Assembly (NCBI GenBank): GCA_965226495.1
Contig: OZ245365.1
Coordinates: 3,136,001 to 3,200,000, forward strand
Length of the DNA stretch: 64,000 nt
Source: Candidatus Marinacidobacterales bacterium
GTDB lineage: Bacteria; Acidobacteriota; Vicinamibacteria; Marinacidobacterales; DATDRI01
Direction of reading: 5' to 3'
Positions 20,747 to 30,137 of the stretch are shown piece after piece; position 1 is the stretch's first letter, and the number at the start of each line of letters is the position of its first letter. The translations under genes were made by a program, and so were the position numbers. Below the pieces are notes generated by a model. The model saw nothing but the letters and a program-made list of their open reading frames with translations. It searched no databases and was not told the origin of the DNA.

Positions 20747-20807
20747 CCGCGCATTCCTGACATTGTAGGCGCGTACCCACGCCGGAGTCTGCCCCCGGGG
20801 TGTGGGC

Positions 20808-20836
20808 TTGACACCACGACGACTTTCTTGTATATA
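20808..20836 (+). promoter_or_regulatory. Candidate sigma70 promoter for the small peptide gene
   Basis: TTGACA (20808-20813), 17-nt spacer, TATATA (20831-20836). Confidence 0.55.
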
Positions 20837-20927
20837 GGTCCTACAGCTGTCTGGCTCGGCCAGCGGGGGGATGTTCCCACTGTTGTCTAGGCCAGGTTCT
20901 AAACCCGTTAAGGGGGGCGAAAGCCAC

Positions 20928-20987
20928 ATGAAGGTCAAAACCAAATTGAAGGCAGGGTGGAGCATAAGAAGAGGGCGAGGAAAGTAA
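20928..20987 (+). CDS. Putative C39-processed precursor peptide MKVKTKLKAGWSIRRGRGK (19 aa)
   Basis: ATG 20928 to TAA 20987; G-rich SD AAGGGGGG at 20910-20917; leader-like segment ending in AG; lies directly downstream of the C39 transporter pair. Confidence 0.75.
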   Translation: MKVKTKLKAGWSIRRGRGK

Positions 20988-21002
20988 GTAAGCCCTTTTT
21001 TT
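20969..21002 (+). terminator. Weak intrinsic terminator candidate at the end of the peptide ORF
   Basis: AAGAGGGC...GCCCTTTT pairing followed by a T-run; loop is long. Confidence 0.35.
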
Positions 21003-21051
21003 CCACAGATTACGGGTTTCTAGAAAGCGGGCGGCAGGGAACTGTTGCCCG

Positions 21052-24000
21052 TTATTTTTTTAACCTCAGGAGGCTAGCTGGCACGCCTACCTCGCCCGCC
21101 GCCCTGGCAGTCGCCGCACGACTGGCGGTCTGTTCCAGCAAAGTTCTCACCTGCCTTAGCCCTAGGAAGGAGCTCGAATGCTCGGGCAGTAAGCTGCTTA
21201 GAATCCATTCGATCGTCTCGGCCGCCTTCGAAAAAGCGCTCCTTGCCTCCTCAGGCCGATCGAGCTGATAGGCCTCCCCAAGCGTCCCGTACAATTCGAA
21301 GAGTAGTGGTCTTCCGGAAAACGACGCCGCGAGTCGGATCGCCTCCTGAGCTTCCATTTCCGCGCGGACGGCGTCCCCTTGGGCTAAGTACACTCGGGCG
21401 AGCGCCGCAGCGGCTTCTGCCTCGATGACCCGAAGCCGTGATTCCGCTGCGTCTTCCTTTCCCTGGCGCAAAATGCGCTGCGCCTTGACGAGACTCCCGT
21501 CCGCCAATTGAATTCGTCCAAGCTCGACGGCCAACATGAACTCGGTTCTTTTTTCACCGATGCGGGAGCAGGCTTCCTGGGCCGACTGGCTCATCGCGAG
21601 AGCCTCGTCTTCACGGCCCTGAAACCGGTGCAGCCTCGATTGGCTGAGTAGAATGAACGGCAAGTGATTGTCGGCCGGGGCTTCGCGGGCTAGTTGCGCG
21701 GCCTCACTCAACTCCTTTTCCGCCGCATCAAACTGGCCCAGTGTTGTCAAGAGGTGGCCCAGACGCGCCTTCGCGTCCGCCATGTCGGAGTCCATATCGC
21801 GCTCTTTGTAGATACGTAGACCTTGTTGGATAGCATTGTAAGCATCTCCGTAACGACCTTGCTCTGCGTAAGCCTCCGCGAGGTGGAGTTGGACCATCGC
21901 GACGCCGATGATCTGTTCGATTTCCTGAAAGATCGGGAGTGCGGCCAACAGAGAGTCGATTGCCATGCGGTGTTGCCCCTGGGCTTTCCGAACGACGCCG
22001 ATCTCTGTCAAGTTTGCGGCTTTTTCTTGCTTGTCGCCGGAGCGGTCGAGGTAGGTCTTGGCTTGCTCTAAATAGACCATTGCGTCGTCGTACTGCCCGC
22101 GCCGCCTGTAGATCTCGGCAATGTAATCCAAGCAAATGGCGAGATTGGTAGCATCCTGATGCTCCATCTCGATGCGCATGGATTTCCGCAAAGCGTCCAA
22201 CGCTTCGTCCAGTTTTCCCGCCTCCTTGTAGGTCAGACCGATATTCAGGAGCGCCATCGACTCGGTCGCTTGGTCGCCGATCTCGCGGGAAATGGCTAGC
22301 GCCTGGTTTTCCGCTACCAGGGCCTCATCGATGTCACCACGGAATTCGTACACGGCCGCGACATTCAACAGCGCGATGGCCTCTCCTCCCCGGTCCCCCG
22401 CCTGTCTGCGCAGGCTCAAGGAAGTGATGAAATAGTCCATCGCAGTGTCCAGGTCGCCCGTGTCCCGATACGCCGTACCGAGAATGGCGTGGATCCTTCC
22501 CAGCGACTCCATGTCATCATCGAATTGACCCGTCTCGAGCGCTTGCTTCAGCGACCCGATGGCCTCACCGGCGAAACCGCTCGCCACCCGTGCTCGACCG
22601 AGTCCAAGAATGGCGGCTCCGTAATCGGGAGCCAGCGTGACGACACGTTGATAGGATTTCATCGCTTCGGGGTATTCTCCGAGCTCCTCTAGCGCACCGG
22701 CCAAGCTCAGCTCGATGTCGGGATCTTCCGGATAGAGCTTGGCGAGCTCTCGGTAGCTCTCGGTCGCGGTCTCGAAATCGTTGTTCGCGAGCGCTTTGAT
22801 CGCGTGTATCTGGTAGCGTTCGGAGAGTGGAAGTGACGCACTCTCGGAAAGCTCGTCGGCGCGGGCGATCACCTCCTGCGCGTCCTCATACCTACCGCCA
22901 CCAATGTAGGCTTCCGCGAGCTTCGCATACGCCATGGCAAAGTTCGGATCGGCTTCGGTGGCCTCGGTGAAAAACGGTATCGCTTCTTGATTGGCCCCGG
23001 CGCGCGTCTTCTCTAACCCACTTTGATAGATCCGAAGCGCATCGAGCGAAACGGTGGAGACTTCGACGATGGGCCGGTCGATGTCTCCCTTGAGCTGCTC
23101 GGGGCTCAAATCGAGCTGCTCCTTCACTCTTTCAGAGATTTCGTCCACCATCGCAAAGATCTGCGATGTCTGCCCTTCGACTTTGATGGGCGTCGGTACA
23201 CCGGAATCACCTTGTCTCAATGTCAGATCCATGCGGAATTGCTCACCCGATGTGACAAATTGCCCGTATAGCACCGCCTGCGCCGGTGCCATGTCGGTGA
23301 CCGAGCTCAGCGTGGATTCGTCGAAACGAGTTTGCCCTTCGACGCCGAGCTCCCGTAGAACCTTGAACACACGCTCCCCCGGAACCGGCCGCACGTATCG
23401 AGACTGAGAAAGGTCGGTAATCACCATTTCCGGAAGCCCGTTCCGCATCCACTCGAGCTCGCCGGAACCGGTGGCGTTGGTGAAAGGCAAAACAACAAGG
23501 GTCGTCACCGGCCCGTCTTCTCCAACGACCGGTTCGGTAGCTCGCGTGCCCCTCGACAGGTAAGTAGTACCTCCGACGACGAGGGTCAATGCCGCCGCGG
23601 CAGCAAACCCCGCTCTACGACGGACCAGCCCTCTCCAGGCCTTCAACGTTAACGAGTTATCGACCTGCTCCCGGTCGAGATCTTCGAGCACTTCCGCCGC
23701 GTTCTTGTAACGCAGCTCGCGGTCTGTATCCAAGCATTTGAGGACGACCTTTTCCAAATATTTAGGGATGGTGGGATTCAACTCACGAGGTGGGCGCGGC
23801 TTCTGCGTGAGCCGCATCATGACCTTGGCAACCGCAGTATCCGCCTCGTAGGGGACCGCACCGGTCAGCATCTCGTAGAGAATGACGCCGAACGAAAAGA
23901 GATCGGATTGCGCGTCGGTCGACTCGCCACTCACCTGCTCCGGAGACATGTAATCCGGCGTACCCAAGATCGAACCGGTCGTGGTCATGGTGGAGGTGTC

Positions 24001-24711
24001 GGAAGCGCGGGCGATACCGAAGTCCATGATGTGCGGCATGCCGTCACGACTGACCATGATGTTCTGGGGCTTCAGATCGCGGTGAATCACCTCCTGCTCA
24101 TGTGCCTCTGCGAGAGCACTGAGCATCGGTGGAAGCATTTCCCGCACCGTCTCCACTGGGATACTCCCCTCTTTGCGGATCACGTCCTTGAGGCTTTCTC
24201 CGTCGATGAGCTCCATAGTGAAGAACTTGATCCCGCGCGCCTCACCCAGGTCGTAGATTCGAACGACGTTCTTGTGGGTGATGCGACGGGCCAGCAGGAG
24301 CTCCTGCTTGAATCGCTTCAAGACGCTCGGATCGCCGCTACTTTCACCCCGGATGATCTTGAGGGCGATCTCTCGATCGAGCTCGAGGTCGCGCGCTTTG
24401 TAGACGCGCCCCATTCCCCCTTCGCCGATGAGCTCGATGATCTCGTACCGATTGCCGAAGCGAGTCAGACGGGGGAGCACCCTCGTCATTCCGGACAGGG
24501 TCGCCGACTCGAGAATGTCTTCTAGGGATGCCGGGGAATCTGTAGCCACCCCGAGTGAAGGGGTCTCGTCGGGCAGTGGCTCGGAGTCGGGCGGGGCACC
24601 GCTTCCACCTCCACTTCCACTACCAAAGATATCGACGAGCAGCTCGCCACAGCCCTGGCACTCGACCAGGTCCTGAGCGTTAGTTTCGCCACAGGCGGAG
24701 CAATCCTTCAT
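21052..24711 (-). CDS. Membrane Ser/Thr protein kinase with N-terminal CxxC zinc ribbon and long C-terminal TPR region
   Basis: CSAC/CQGC; IGEGGMGRVY, VIHRDLKPQN, DFG, GTPDYMSPEQ; TM helix; many TPR-like repeats. Confidence 0.92.
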   Translation of the reverse strand: MKDCSACGETNAQDLVECQGCGELLVDIFGSGSGGGSGAPPDSEPLPDETPSLGVATDSPASLEDILESATLSGMTRVLPRLTRFGNRYEIIELIGEGGMGRVYKARDLELDREIALKIIRGESSGDPSVLKRFKQELLLARRITHKNVVRIYDLGEARGIKFFTMELIDGESLKDVIRKEGSIPVETVREMLPPMLSALAEAHEQEVIHRDLKPQNIMVSRDGMPHIMDFGIARASDTSTMTTTGSILGTPDYMSPEQVSGESTDAQSDLFSFGVILYEMLTGAVPYEADTAVAKVMMRLTQKPRPPRELNPTIPKYLEKVVLKCLDTDRELRYKNAAEVLEDLDREQVDNSLTLKAWRGLVRRRAGFAAAAALTLVVGGTTYLSRGTRATEPVVGEDGPVTTLVVLPFTNATGSGELEWMRNGLPEMVITDLSQSRYVRPVPGERVFKVLRELGVEGQTRFDESTLSSVTDMAPAQAVLYGQFVTSGEQFRMDLTLRQGDSGVPTPIKVEGQTSQIFAMVDEISERVKEQLDLSPEQLKGDIDRPIVEVSTVSLDALRIYQSGLEKTRAGANQEAIPFFTEATEADPNFAMAYAKLAEAYIGGGRYEDAQEVIARADELSESASLPLSERYQIHAIKALANNDFETATESYRELAKLYPEDPDIELSLAGALEELGEYPEAMKSYQRVVTLAPDYGAAILGLGRARVASGFAGEAIGSLKQALETGQFDDDMESLGRIHAILGTAYRDTGDLDTAMDYFITSLSLRRQAGDRGGEAIALLNVAAVYEFRGDIDEALVAENQALAISREIGDQATESMALLNIGLTYKEAGKLDEALDALRKSMRIEMEHQDATNLAICLDYIAEIYRRRGQYDDAMVYLEQAKTYLDRSGDKQEKAANLTEIGVVRKAQGQHRMAIDSLLAALPIFQEIEQIIGVAMVQLHLAEAYAEQGRYGDAYNAIQQGLRIYKERDMDSDMADAKARLGHLLTTLGQFDAAEKELSEAAQLAREAPADNHLPFILLSQSRLHRFQGREDEALAMSQSAQEACSRIGEKRTEFMLAVELGRIQLADGSLVKAQRILRQGKEDAAESRLRVIEAEAAAALARVYLAQGDAVRAEMEAQEAIRLAASFSGRPLLFELYGTLGEAYQLDRPEEARSAFSKAAETIEWILSSLLPEHSSSFLGLRQVRTLLEQTASRAATARAAGEVGVPASLLRLKK

Positions 24712-24727
24712 CAGAGGTATGAGCCGC

Positions 24728-25651
24728 TCACACCCGCGGCGTCAGCACAGGTTCTTCGTGACCAAGTGCAGTGAGCTCCTTGAATAGCTCGTCCATAGAC
24801 GCGGGCCGGCGATTGCGATCCTTTTCCAGCATCCGCAACACGAGATCTTCGAGTGCCGGCGAGATCTCGACCGCGGGGTTCGCTTGCTCGAAGGGAATGG
24901 GCATCGCCTTGAGATGCTTCGCAATGTAACCCTGAGGCGACTTGGCCTTGAACGGTCTCGAGCCAGTAAGAATTTCGTACAGTGTCACACCGAGCGAATA
25001 CACGTCCGAACGCCCATCGATCTCTTGATCGGCGGTGGGCATCTGAATCTGATCCGGCGAGCAGTACTCCGCTTTTCCCACGAATTTCATGGTGTCGGTG
25101 AGCTTGGTCGAGTCGGTCGCGATGATGTTCTTGGCGATACCGAAGTCGATGATCTTGACGATCTCATCATGTCCGTCAGGGTCCTCCGGAACTAGCACGA
25201 TGTTGTCGGGCGAGACGTCACGGTGAACGACTCCCTGTTTATGAGCCGCGGAGAGTCCGAGTGCTGTCTGTTTGGCGATCTCGATGCACTGCGGTATGGG
25301 AAGCCAACCCTTTTGGCGTAGCCTGCTCCGGAGACTAACCCCCTCGAGGTACTCCATCACCATGAAGAGGATGTCCTTTCCGAGAATGCCGAACTCGTGA
25401 ACGGTGACGAGGTGGCGATGCTTCAGGCGAACCAGGATCTGTGCTTCGCGCTGGAATCGCGCCTTAAACTCTTTGGCGGTGTCCGGGCTATCGGGATTGA
25501 GTAGTTTGATGGCTCGGAGCTCGTCGAGAAGAACGTGCTGGGCCTTGTAGACCCTAGCCATGCCGCCCTTGCCGATCAGTTGAAGGATTGAGTATTCGCG
25601 TAACTTTTTCCCGACGAGCTCATCTGGCATACGCCAATCCCTATCTTCCAT
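24728..25651 (-). CDS. Soluble Ser/Thr protein kinase (Hanks type)
   Basis: IGKGGMARVY, VVHRDVSPDN, IDFG, GRSDVYSLG. Confidence 0.92.
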   Translation of the reverse strand: MEDRDWRMPDELVGKKLREYSILQLIGKGGMARVYKAQHVLLDELRAIKLLNPDSPDTAKEFKARFQREAQILVRLKHRHLVTVHEFGILGKDILFMVMEYLEGVSLRSRLRQKGWLPIPQCIEIAKQTALGLSAAHKQGVVHRDVSPDNIVLVPEDPDGHDEIVKIIDFGIAKNIIATDSTKLTDTMKFVGKAEYCSPDQIQMPTADQEIDGRSDVYSLGVTLYEILTGSRPFKAKSPQGYIAKHLKAMPIPFEQANPAVEISPALEDLVLRMLEKDRNRRPASMDELFKELTALGHEEPVLTPRV

Positions 25652-25985
25652 TAGTAGATCAGCAAGAGACGTGCCGCGCGCACTGTTTTCGGTCGGTTTC
25701 CTGTAAGTGTCTGAATCAAAGAGGATCCGATGGAAACGAGCCTAGGAAACGGCGACCGGCATCCGGACGAAACGGGGGATCCTCCCCCCACCGGAGCCTG
25801 GAAAGTGTTCCATCTCGAGAAAAATCAGTCACCCGCGAGGCGCGATCTCGCCCGGGCCTTTTGTCCGCAGCGACTTAGCACTATGGCCCGTGAGCCAGGC
25901 TTCGGGGTGGATCCACCCCAACTCCCCTCCTCCCTTTTCAAAACGGCGAATCGGAGCTGTTTCATGCGAGAAAAGGCGCCCGTTC

Positions 25986-26014
25986 TGTAATGTCTCGGTT
26001 CACTCGATCGTATA
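25986..26014 (+). promoter_or_regulatory. Candidate ECF-sigma autoregulatory promoter
   Basis: TGTAAT-N17-CGTATA ending 12 nt upstream of the ECF sigma start; resembles SigW/SigX-type -35/-10 boxes. Confidence 0.45.
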
Positions 26015-26026
26015 TAAGATTGAGGA

Positions 26027-26596
26027 ATGATGAGCCAGGCAGACCTCACCCGAAATGTGGGACGGGTCCGGGCCGGCGAATCCGATGCGTGGGGTCAGCT
26101 TTATGAGGAACTTGCTCCATCGGTCTTTCGTCTGTGCCGACGGGTCCTGCCGACTCGCCAGGACGCTGAGGATGCGACCACGGAGATTTTCTTGAAGGTG
26201 CGGCTGAGGCTCGATCAATACGATTCCGGGCGGCCGTTTCGACCGTGGCTCTATAAGCTAGCGTCGAATCATTGCTGGGACGAGTTGCGCAAGCGCCGGA
26301 CCCGGCGCGAAACCGAAGCAGGCGACCTGGACGCGCTGCACGTCGAGAGCTCCGAAGACAAACAGCCGGGTCCACTCGCGTCCCTCCTCGCCGAGCAGAA
26401 CAAGAAGGATATTCGCGGGGCGGTTGCCAAGCTCGGTGAGCGAGATCGTCTGGCGATCGCAATGCGCTACTTCGCGGAACTCAGCTATCAAGAGATCGCC
26501 GATGTGCTCGGAATCAATTCCTCGGCTGTCGGCGTTCTTCTCCTGAGGGCGCGGCGTCGACTTCGCCAAACGTTAGTGGAAGGGAGCAAGGAATGA
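26027..26596 (+). CDS. ECF RNA polymerase sigma factor
   Basis: DAEDATTEIF, FRPWLYKLASN (region 2); LSYQEIADVLG (region 4). Confidence 0.92.
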   Translation: MMSQADLTRNVGRVRAGESDAWGQLYEELAPSVFRLCRRVLPTRQDAEDATTEIFLKVRLRLDQYDSGRPFRPWLYKLASNHCWDELRKRRTRRETEAGDLDALHVESSEDKQPGPLASLLAEQNKKDIRGAVAKLGERDRLAIAMRYFAELSYQEIADVLGINSSAVGVLLLRARRRLRQTLVEGSKE

Positions 26597-28188
26597 CTCA
26601 CATCGACGAGCTCTCCTATCTGCGCTACCTGGACGGACAGCTTGCCTCGACCCGTGCCCGAGAGGTGGAAGAGCACACTCGGGCCTGCTTCGAGTGCAGC
26701 AAGAAATTCGATGCTTTGAAACACGAAACGGCCTTGCTCCGTAGTTCCTTAGTAGAGGCGGATGAAACACTACCGAAACAATTCGAGGCATCTCCCAGCG
26801 AGGAGCTCTCATGGGCATGGCTCAGCGTCCTTGGCCTCGCCGGCTTTGGGCTCTACATGCTGTGGGAATGGTTACTGATACCTTGGTGGCAGGGTCTGCA
26901 ATCCGTTGGAGTGGGACAGCAGACGATCCTTTCGATCCTGCTGTTCCGTGGGCTTCTGTGGGAAGGATGGTCGACGATGGCGGAAAAGGCGGTACAAGGT
27001 TTGATTCTAATCATCCTGACGGCCTTGCTGGCAACCATGGTGCATTGGGGCTCTCGTTTGCGTAGGAACTGGACGCGGATGATGGTCGCCCTGGTGTTGG
27101 TGCTCTTGTTCCCTCTCTCCACTCTGGCCGCGGAAATCGAAGCCGACCGAGACCACTACGTCCTTGCTGAAGGCGAGGTGATCGCTAACGATCTCATCGT
27201 CGTGGCAGAAACGGTCCGCATCGAAGGGACCATCGAGGGAGATCTGATCGCGGTCGCCCAATCGGTCACGGTGACCGGCCGAGTCGCCGGCGACGTACTC
27301 GCCGCAGTCCAGAAACTAATCATCGACGGCCGCGTCGACGGGAGCGTGCGCGCCGTGGCACAGTTCATCGATCTGAAGGGCTTCGTCGCAAGAAACGTCA
27401 CCGCTGCCGGCGAAAGCATCGAGCTCCACGCCGACGCCGTAGTAGACGGAAGCTTCACCTCTGCATCCGAGAAAGGCAGCGTCGATGGACAAGTGGGACG
27501 CGACCTCATCGTTTTCTCGGGAAAGAGCCGCGTCAACGGCCGCATCGGTGGAACAGTTCGGTTGGCGGGAGGAGCTATCACCATCGGTCCCGACTCCGAG
27601 ATTGGAGGCGACGTCCGCATCTTTACTAGTAAGGAGCCAGAGATTTCCCCGGAAGCGAGTCTTGCGAGCGAGCCGGAGATCGAGATCATCAAGGAGACGC
27701 CGGAGTATGCGAGTGCAGGAACTTATCTGTGGCCGGTCGTTTTCTGGGCGGCGGCCTTTGTGTACGGCTTGGTGATACTGCTAGTGCTGCCAAGATTCTT
27801 TGCTGGCGTGCTCGGCCGGATACCGAGGTACGGCCTTTCGATCGGCATTGGAGCCGCCGCTCTCGTAGCCGTTCCGGTGCTGGCCACAATGATCTCCATG
27901 ACGCTGGTCGGGCTCCCGGTTGGAATCCTCGCTTTCGTAGCCTATGTCGTAGCTCTCTACTCGGCACAGGTCTTCGTTGGGGCGTGGCTGGGACGAGAGC
28001 TGTTGGGGCCACCGCTAGGGCAAGGCGACGCTATCGGAAAGCTCGCCCTCGGGCTGGCCTTGATCCACATCGTGAAGCTCGTTCCGTTCGTTGGGTCGCT
28101 GGCGGATCTCGCGGTATGCTTGTGGGGCTTGGGCGCGCTCACCCTGTACTTCGTGCAGCCCCACGTGACGGAGACCGTAGCAGCCTAA
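26593..28188 (+). CDS. Zinc-binding anti-sigma factor fused to bactofilin-like beta-helix repeats and a C-terminal multi-TM domain
   Basis: HTRACFEC (HxxxCxxC); repeated I-x-G-x-V-x-G-D/N-L units; ATGA overlap with the sigma gene. Confidence 0.8.
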   Translation: MTHIDELSYLRYLDGQLASTRAREVEEHTRACFECSKKFDALKHETALLRSSLVEADETLPKQFEASPSEELSWAWLSVLGLAGFGLYMLWEWLLIPWWQGLQSVGVGQQTILSILLFRGLLWEGWSTMAEKAVQGLILIILTALLATMVHWGSRLRRNWTRMMVALVLVLLFPLSTLAAEIEADRDHYVLAEGEVIANDLIVVAETVRIEGTIEGDLIAVAQSVTVTGRVAGDVLAAVQKLIIDGRVDGSVRAVAQFIDLKGFVARNVTAAGESIELHADAVVDGSFTSASEKGSVDGQVGRDLIVFSGKSRVNGRIGGTVRLAGGAITIGPDSEIGGDVRIFTSKEPEISPEASLASEPEIEIIKETPEYASAGTYLWPVVFWAAAFVYGLVILLVLPRFFAGVLGRIPRYGLSIGIGAAALVAVPVLATMISMTLVGLPVGILAFVAYVVALYSAQVFVGAWLGRELLGPPLGQGDAIGKLALGLALIHIVKLVPFVGSLADLAVCLWGLGALTLYFVQPHVTETVAA

Positions 28189-28236
28189 GGCGTTTTGTTC
28201 GGTTTCAAAGCCACGGCTCCGATAAGATGGTAGAAA

Positions 28237-28758
28237 ATGGTACTTAGGGCGATACAGCAGTTTTTCGATACCAGAATTCAGCCCGCTCCGAGTGGTCGGC
28301 AAACTGGTTCGGCAGGCCAGACCGCATCGGAGCACTCCCTGCAACTTGCAACCGCAGCGTTGCTGGTCGAGATGACGCGCGCCGATTTCAAGGTCGAAGA
28401 AAGCGAGCGACGCATGGTGGGAGAAGCGATCCGGCGCACTTTTGACCTATCGCCTGAGGAAACCGCGGAGCTCATTCGTCTCGCCGATGAGGAGTCGCGG
28501 CAATCGGTTTCGATTTACGACTTCACGCGGCTCATCGATCGCGGCTTTGCCGTGGAGCAAAAAAAGCACATCGTGGAGCTACTTTGGCGCGTGGCACTCA
28601 GCGACGACGAGCTCGAAAAGCACGAGGAGCATCTCATCCGAAAGATCTCCAAGCTCATTCACGTCCCCCACCCGGATTTCATCGACGCCAAGCTCAGGGC
28701 GCAGGCGTCCCTGAAGCGTGAAGCGGCTGAGGATAAACCGCCGCCAGAAGCCCCGTAA
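28237..28758 (+). CDS. TerB-like (tellurite resistance family) protein
   Basis: LATAALLVEMTRAD, YDFTRLI, LWRVALSD..L.KHEEHLIRKI. Confidence 0.85.
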   Translation: MVLRAIQQFFDTRIQPAPSGRQTGSAGQTASEHSLQLATAALLVEMTRADFKVEESERRMVGEAIRRTFDLSPEETAELIRLADEESRQSVSIYDFTRLIDRGFAVEQKKHIVELLWRVALSDDELEKHEEHLIRKISKLIHVPHPDFIDAKLRAQASLKREAAEDKPPPEAP

Positions 28759-28792
28759 AGGTTCGTTTCTTCAGAGTCCTTGGAATTTGGGG

Positions 28793-29863
28793 CTATTCCC
28801 TGGAGACGGCATCGGCGATGAAGCGACCGACTTCCTTCGTGGACTTGGCCTTATCCGAGCCCACTAGGTCCGCGGTCAAGAAGCCCTTTTCCATGGCGAC
28901 CTCGATCGCCCGGTCGATTGCGGCGGCCTCCTCGTTCAAATCAAAAGAGTAGCGGAGCATCATGGCCATCGAACCGATGGCACCGATAGGGTTCGCAATT
29001 CCTCTTCCGGCGATGTCGGGAGCGGAGCCGTGGACCGGTTCGTAGATCCCGACCTTCCCCCCGATGCTGGCCGAGGGCAGAAGTCCCAAAGAGCCGGCTA
29101 ACACCGACGCTTCATCGCTCAAAATGTCGCCGAAGAGGTTGCTCGTCACCATGACATCGAACTGCCGGGGGTTTGAGATGAGCTCCATCGCCGCCCGATC
29201 GACGTACATGTGATCGAGTCGAATGTCGGAGTATTCTTTACCGATCGACTCGACCACCTCGCGCCACATCTTAGACGTCTCGAGGACGTTGGATTTGTCC
29301 ACTGAAGTGACGTGCCCCTTCCTACCTTTCGCGGCTTCGAAGGCGACCCGTGCTATTCTTTCGACCTCTCCCGCCGTGTAAACAAGGGTATTCCAAGCGC
29401 GGGCCCCCGCTCCCTGCCCTTCCCTTCCGCGCGGCTCGCCGAAATACAGGCCGCCGATGAGCTCTCTGACAATAAGAACGTCCAAGCCCTTTAGAGCTTC
29501 ATCGCGGAACGGCGACCCCTCGGGATTGAATTGAGACACGATGGGACGAAGGTTCGCGAAATTGCCGAGGAGGAGACGCAGTCCCAGCAGCGCCGCCTCC
29601 GGGCGTTCACTGGGTGGGAATTTGTCATAGGCCGGATCGCCCACCGCGCCCAGGAACACCGCCTGGCTTTCGAGACAAGCCTTTCGCGTGTCGTCGGGGA
29701 AGGCCTTGCCAGACTGAGCGTAGGCGCGGGTTCCAAATGGGTGCTCCCGCGCCTCGAGGTCATGGCCGAAACGACCCGTCACGGCCTCGAGCACACGGAT
29801 GGCCTCTGCCGTAACTTCGGGACCGATGCCGTCTCCTGGAAGTGTTGTTATTTCGAGCTTCAT
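28793..29863 (-). CDS. leuB: 3-isopropylmalate dehydrogenase
   Basis: LPGDGIGPEV, FANLRP, VRELIGGLYFG, VDKSNVL, NLFGDILSDE, EPVHGSAPDIAG. Confidence 0.96.
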   Translation of the reverse strand: MKLEITTLPGDGIGPEVTAEAIRVLEAVTGRFGHDLEAREHPFGTRAYAQSGKAFPDDTRKACLESQAVFLGAVGDPAYDKFPPSERPEAALLGLRLLLGNFANLRPIVSQFNPEGSPFRDEALKGLDVLIVRELIGGLYFGEPRGREGQGAGARAWNTLVYTAGEVERIARVAFEAAKGRKGHVTSVDKSNVLETSKMWREVVESIGKEYSDIRLDHMYVDRAAMELISNPRQFDVMVTSNLFGDILSDEASVLAGSLGLLPSASIGGKVGIYEPVHGSAPDIAGRGIANPIGAIGSMAMMLRYSFDLNEEAAAIDRAIEVAMEKGFLTADLVGSDKAKSTKEVGRFIADAVSRE

Positions 29864-29902
29864 GGTCTCCTTTTATAGCGGGTGAATGCGGTTTTCCAAT
29901 CC

Positions 29903-29930
29903 AAAAAAAAGGGGGCGCCGAAGCGCCCCC
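29903..29930 (-). terminator. Intrinsic terminator in the leuB leader
   Basis: GGGGGCGC-TTCG-GCGCCCCC followed by T8 on the minus strand, 40 nt upstream of the leuB ATG. Confidence 0.85.
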
Positions 29931-29956
29931 CCGTACCCCTGTCGAGAACCGAAGGA

Positions 29957-30040
29957 CTAAGTGGAGTTGTTAAGGACGTGGATAAAGATGTAGCGGGCGT
30001 AAATAGCGGCTTGGATCGTTGGATGGGATTGGCACCGCAT
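29957..30040 (-). CDS. Candidate attenuator leader peptide MRCQSHPTIQAAIYARYIFIHVLNNST
   Basis: 27 aa with 4 Ile, 1 Val and 1 Leu codons; lies between promoter and terminator. Confidence 0.55.
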   Translation of the reverse strand: MRCQSHPTIQAAIYARYIFIHVLNNST

Positions 30041-30137
30041 AATAAATTTTACGGGCCTCAAGAGGACCCTCGGTCGAATTAACCCTTCAGAGGAACGATA
30101 CGAATGCATATTAATTTAAGCTAGATTGGGTAGAGAC

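Noticed and set aside
15481-21002. Assignment to a lanthipeptide, lasso, microviridin or radical-SAM RiPP class
   Set aside because: No such modifying enzyme is in the window, and the core lacks Cys and acidic ring-forming residues.
20957-21268. 103-aa plus-strand ORF as the transporter substrate
   Set aside because: It overlaps the kinase antisense and lacks a leader motif; the 19-aa ORF in another frame fits the SD better.
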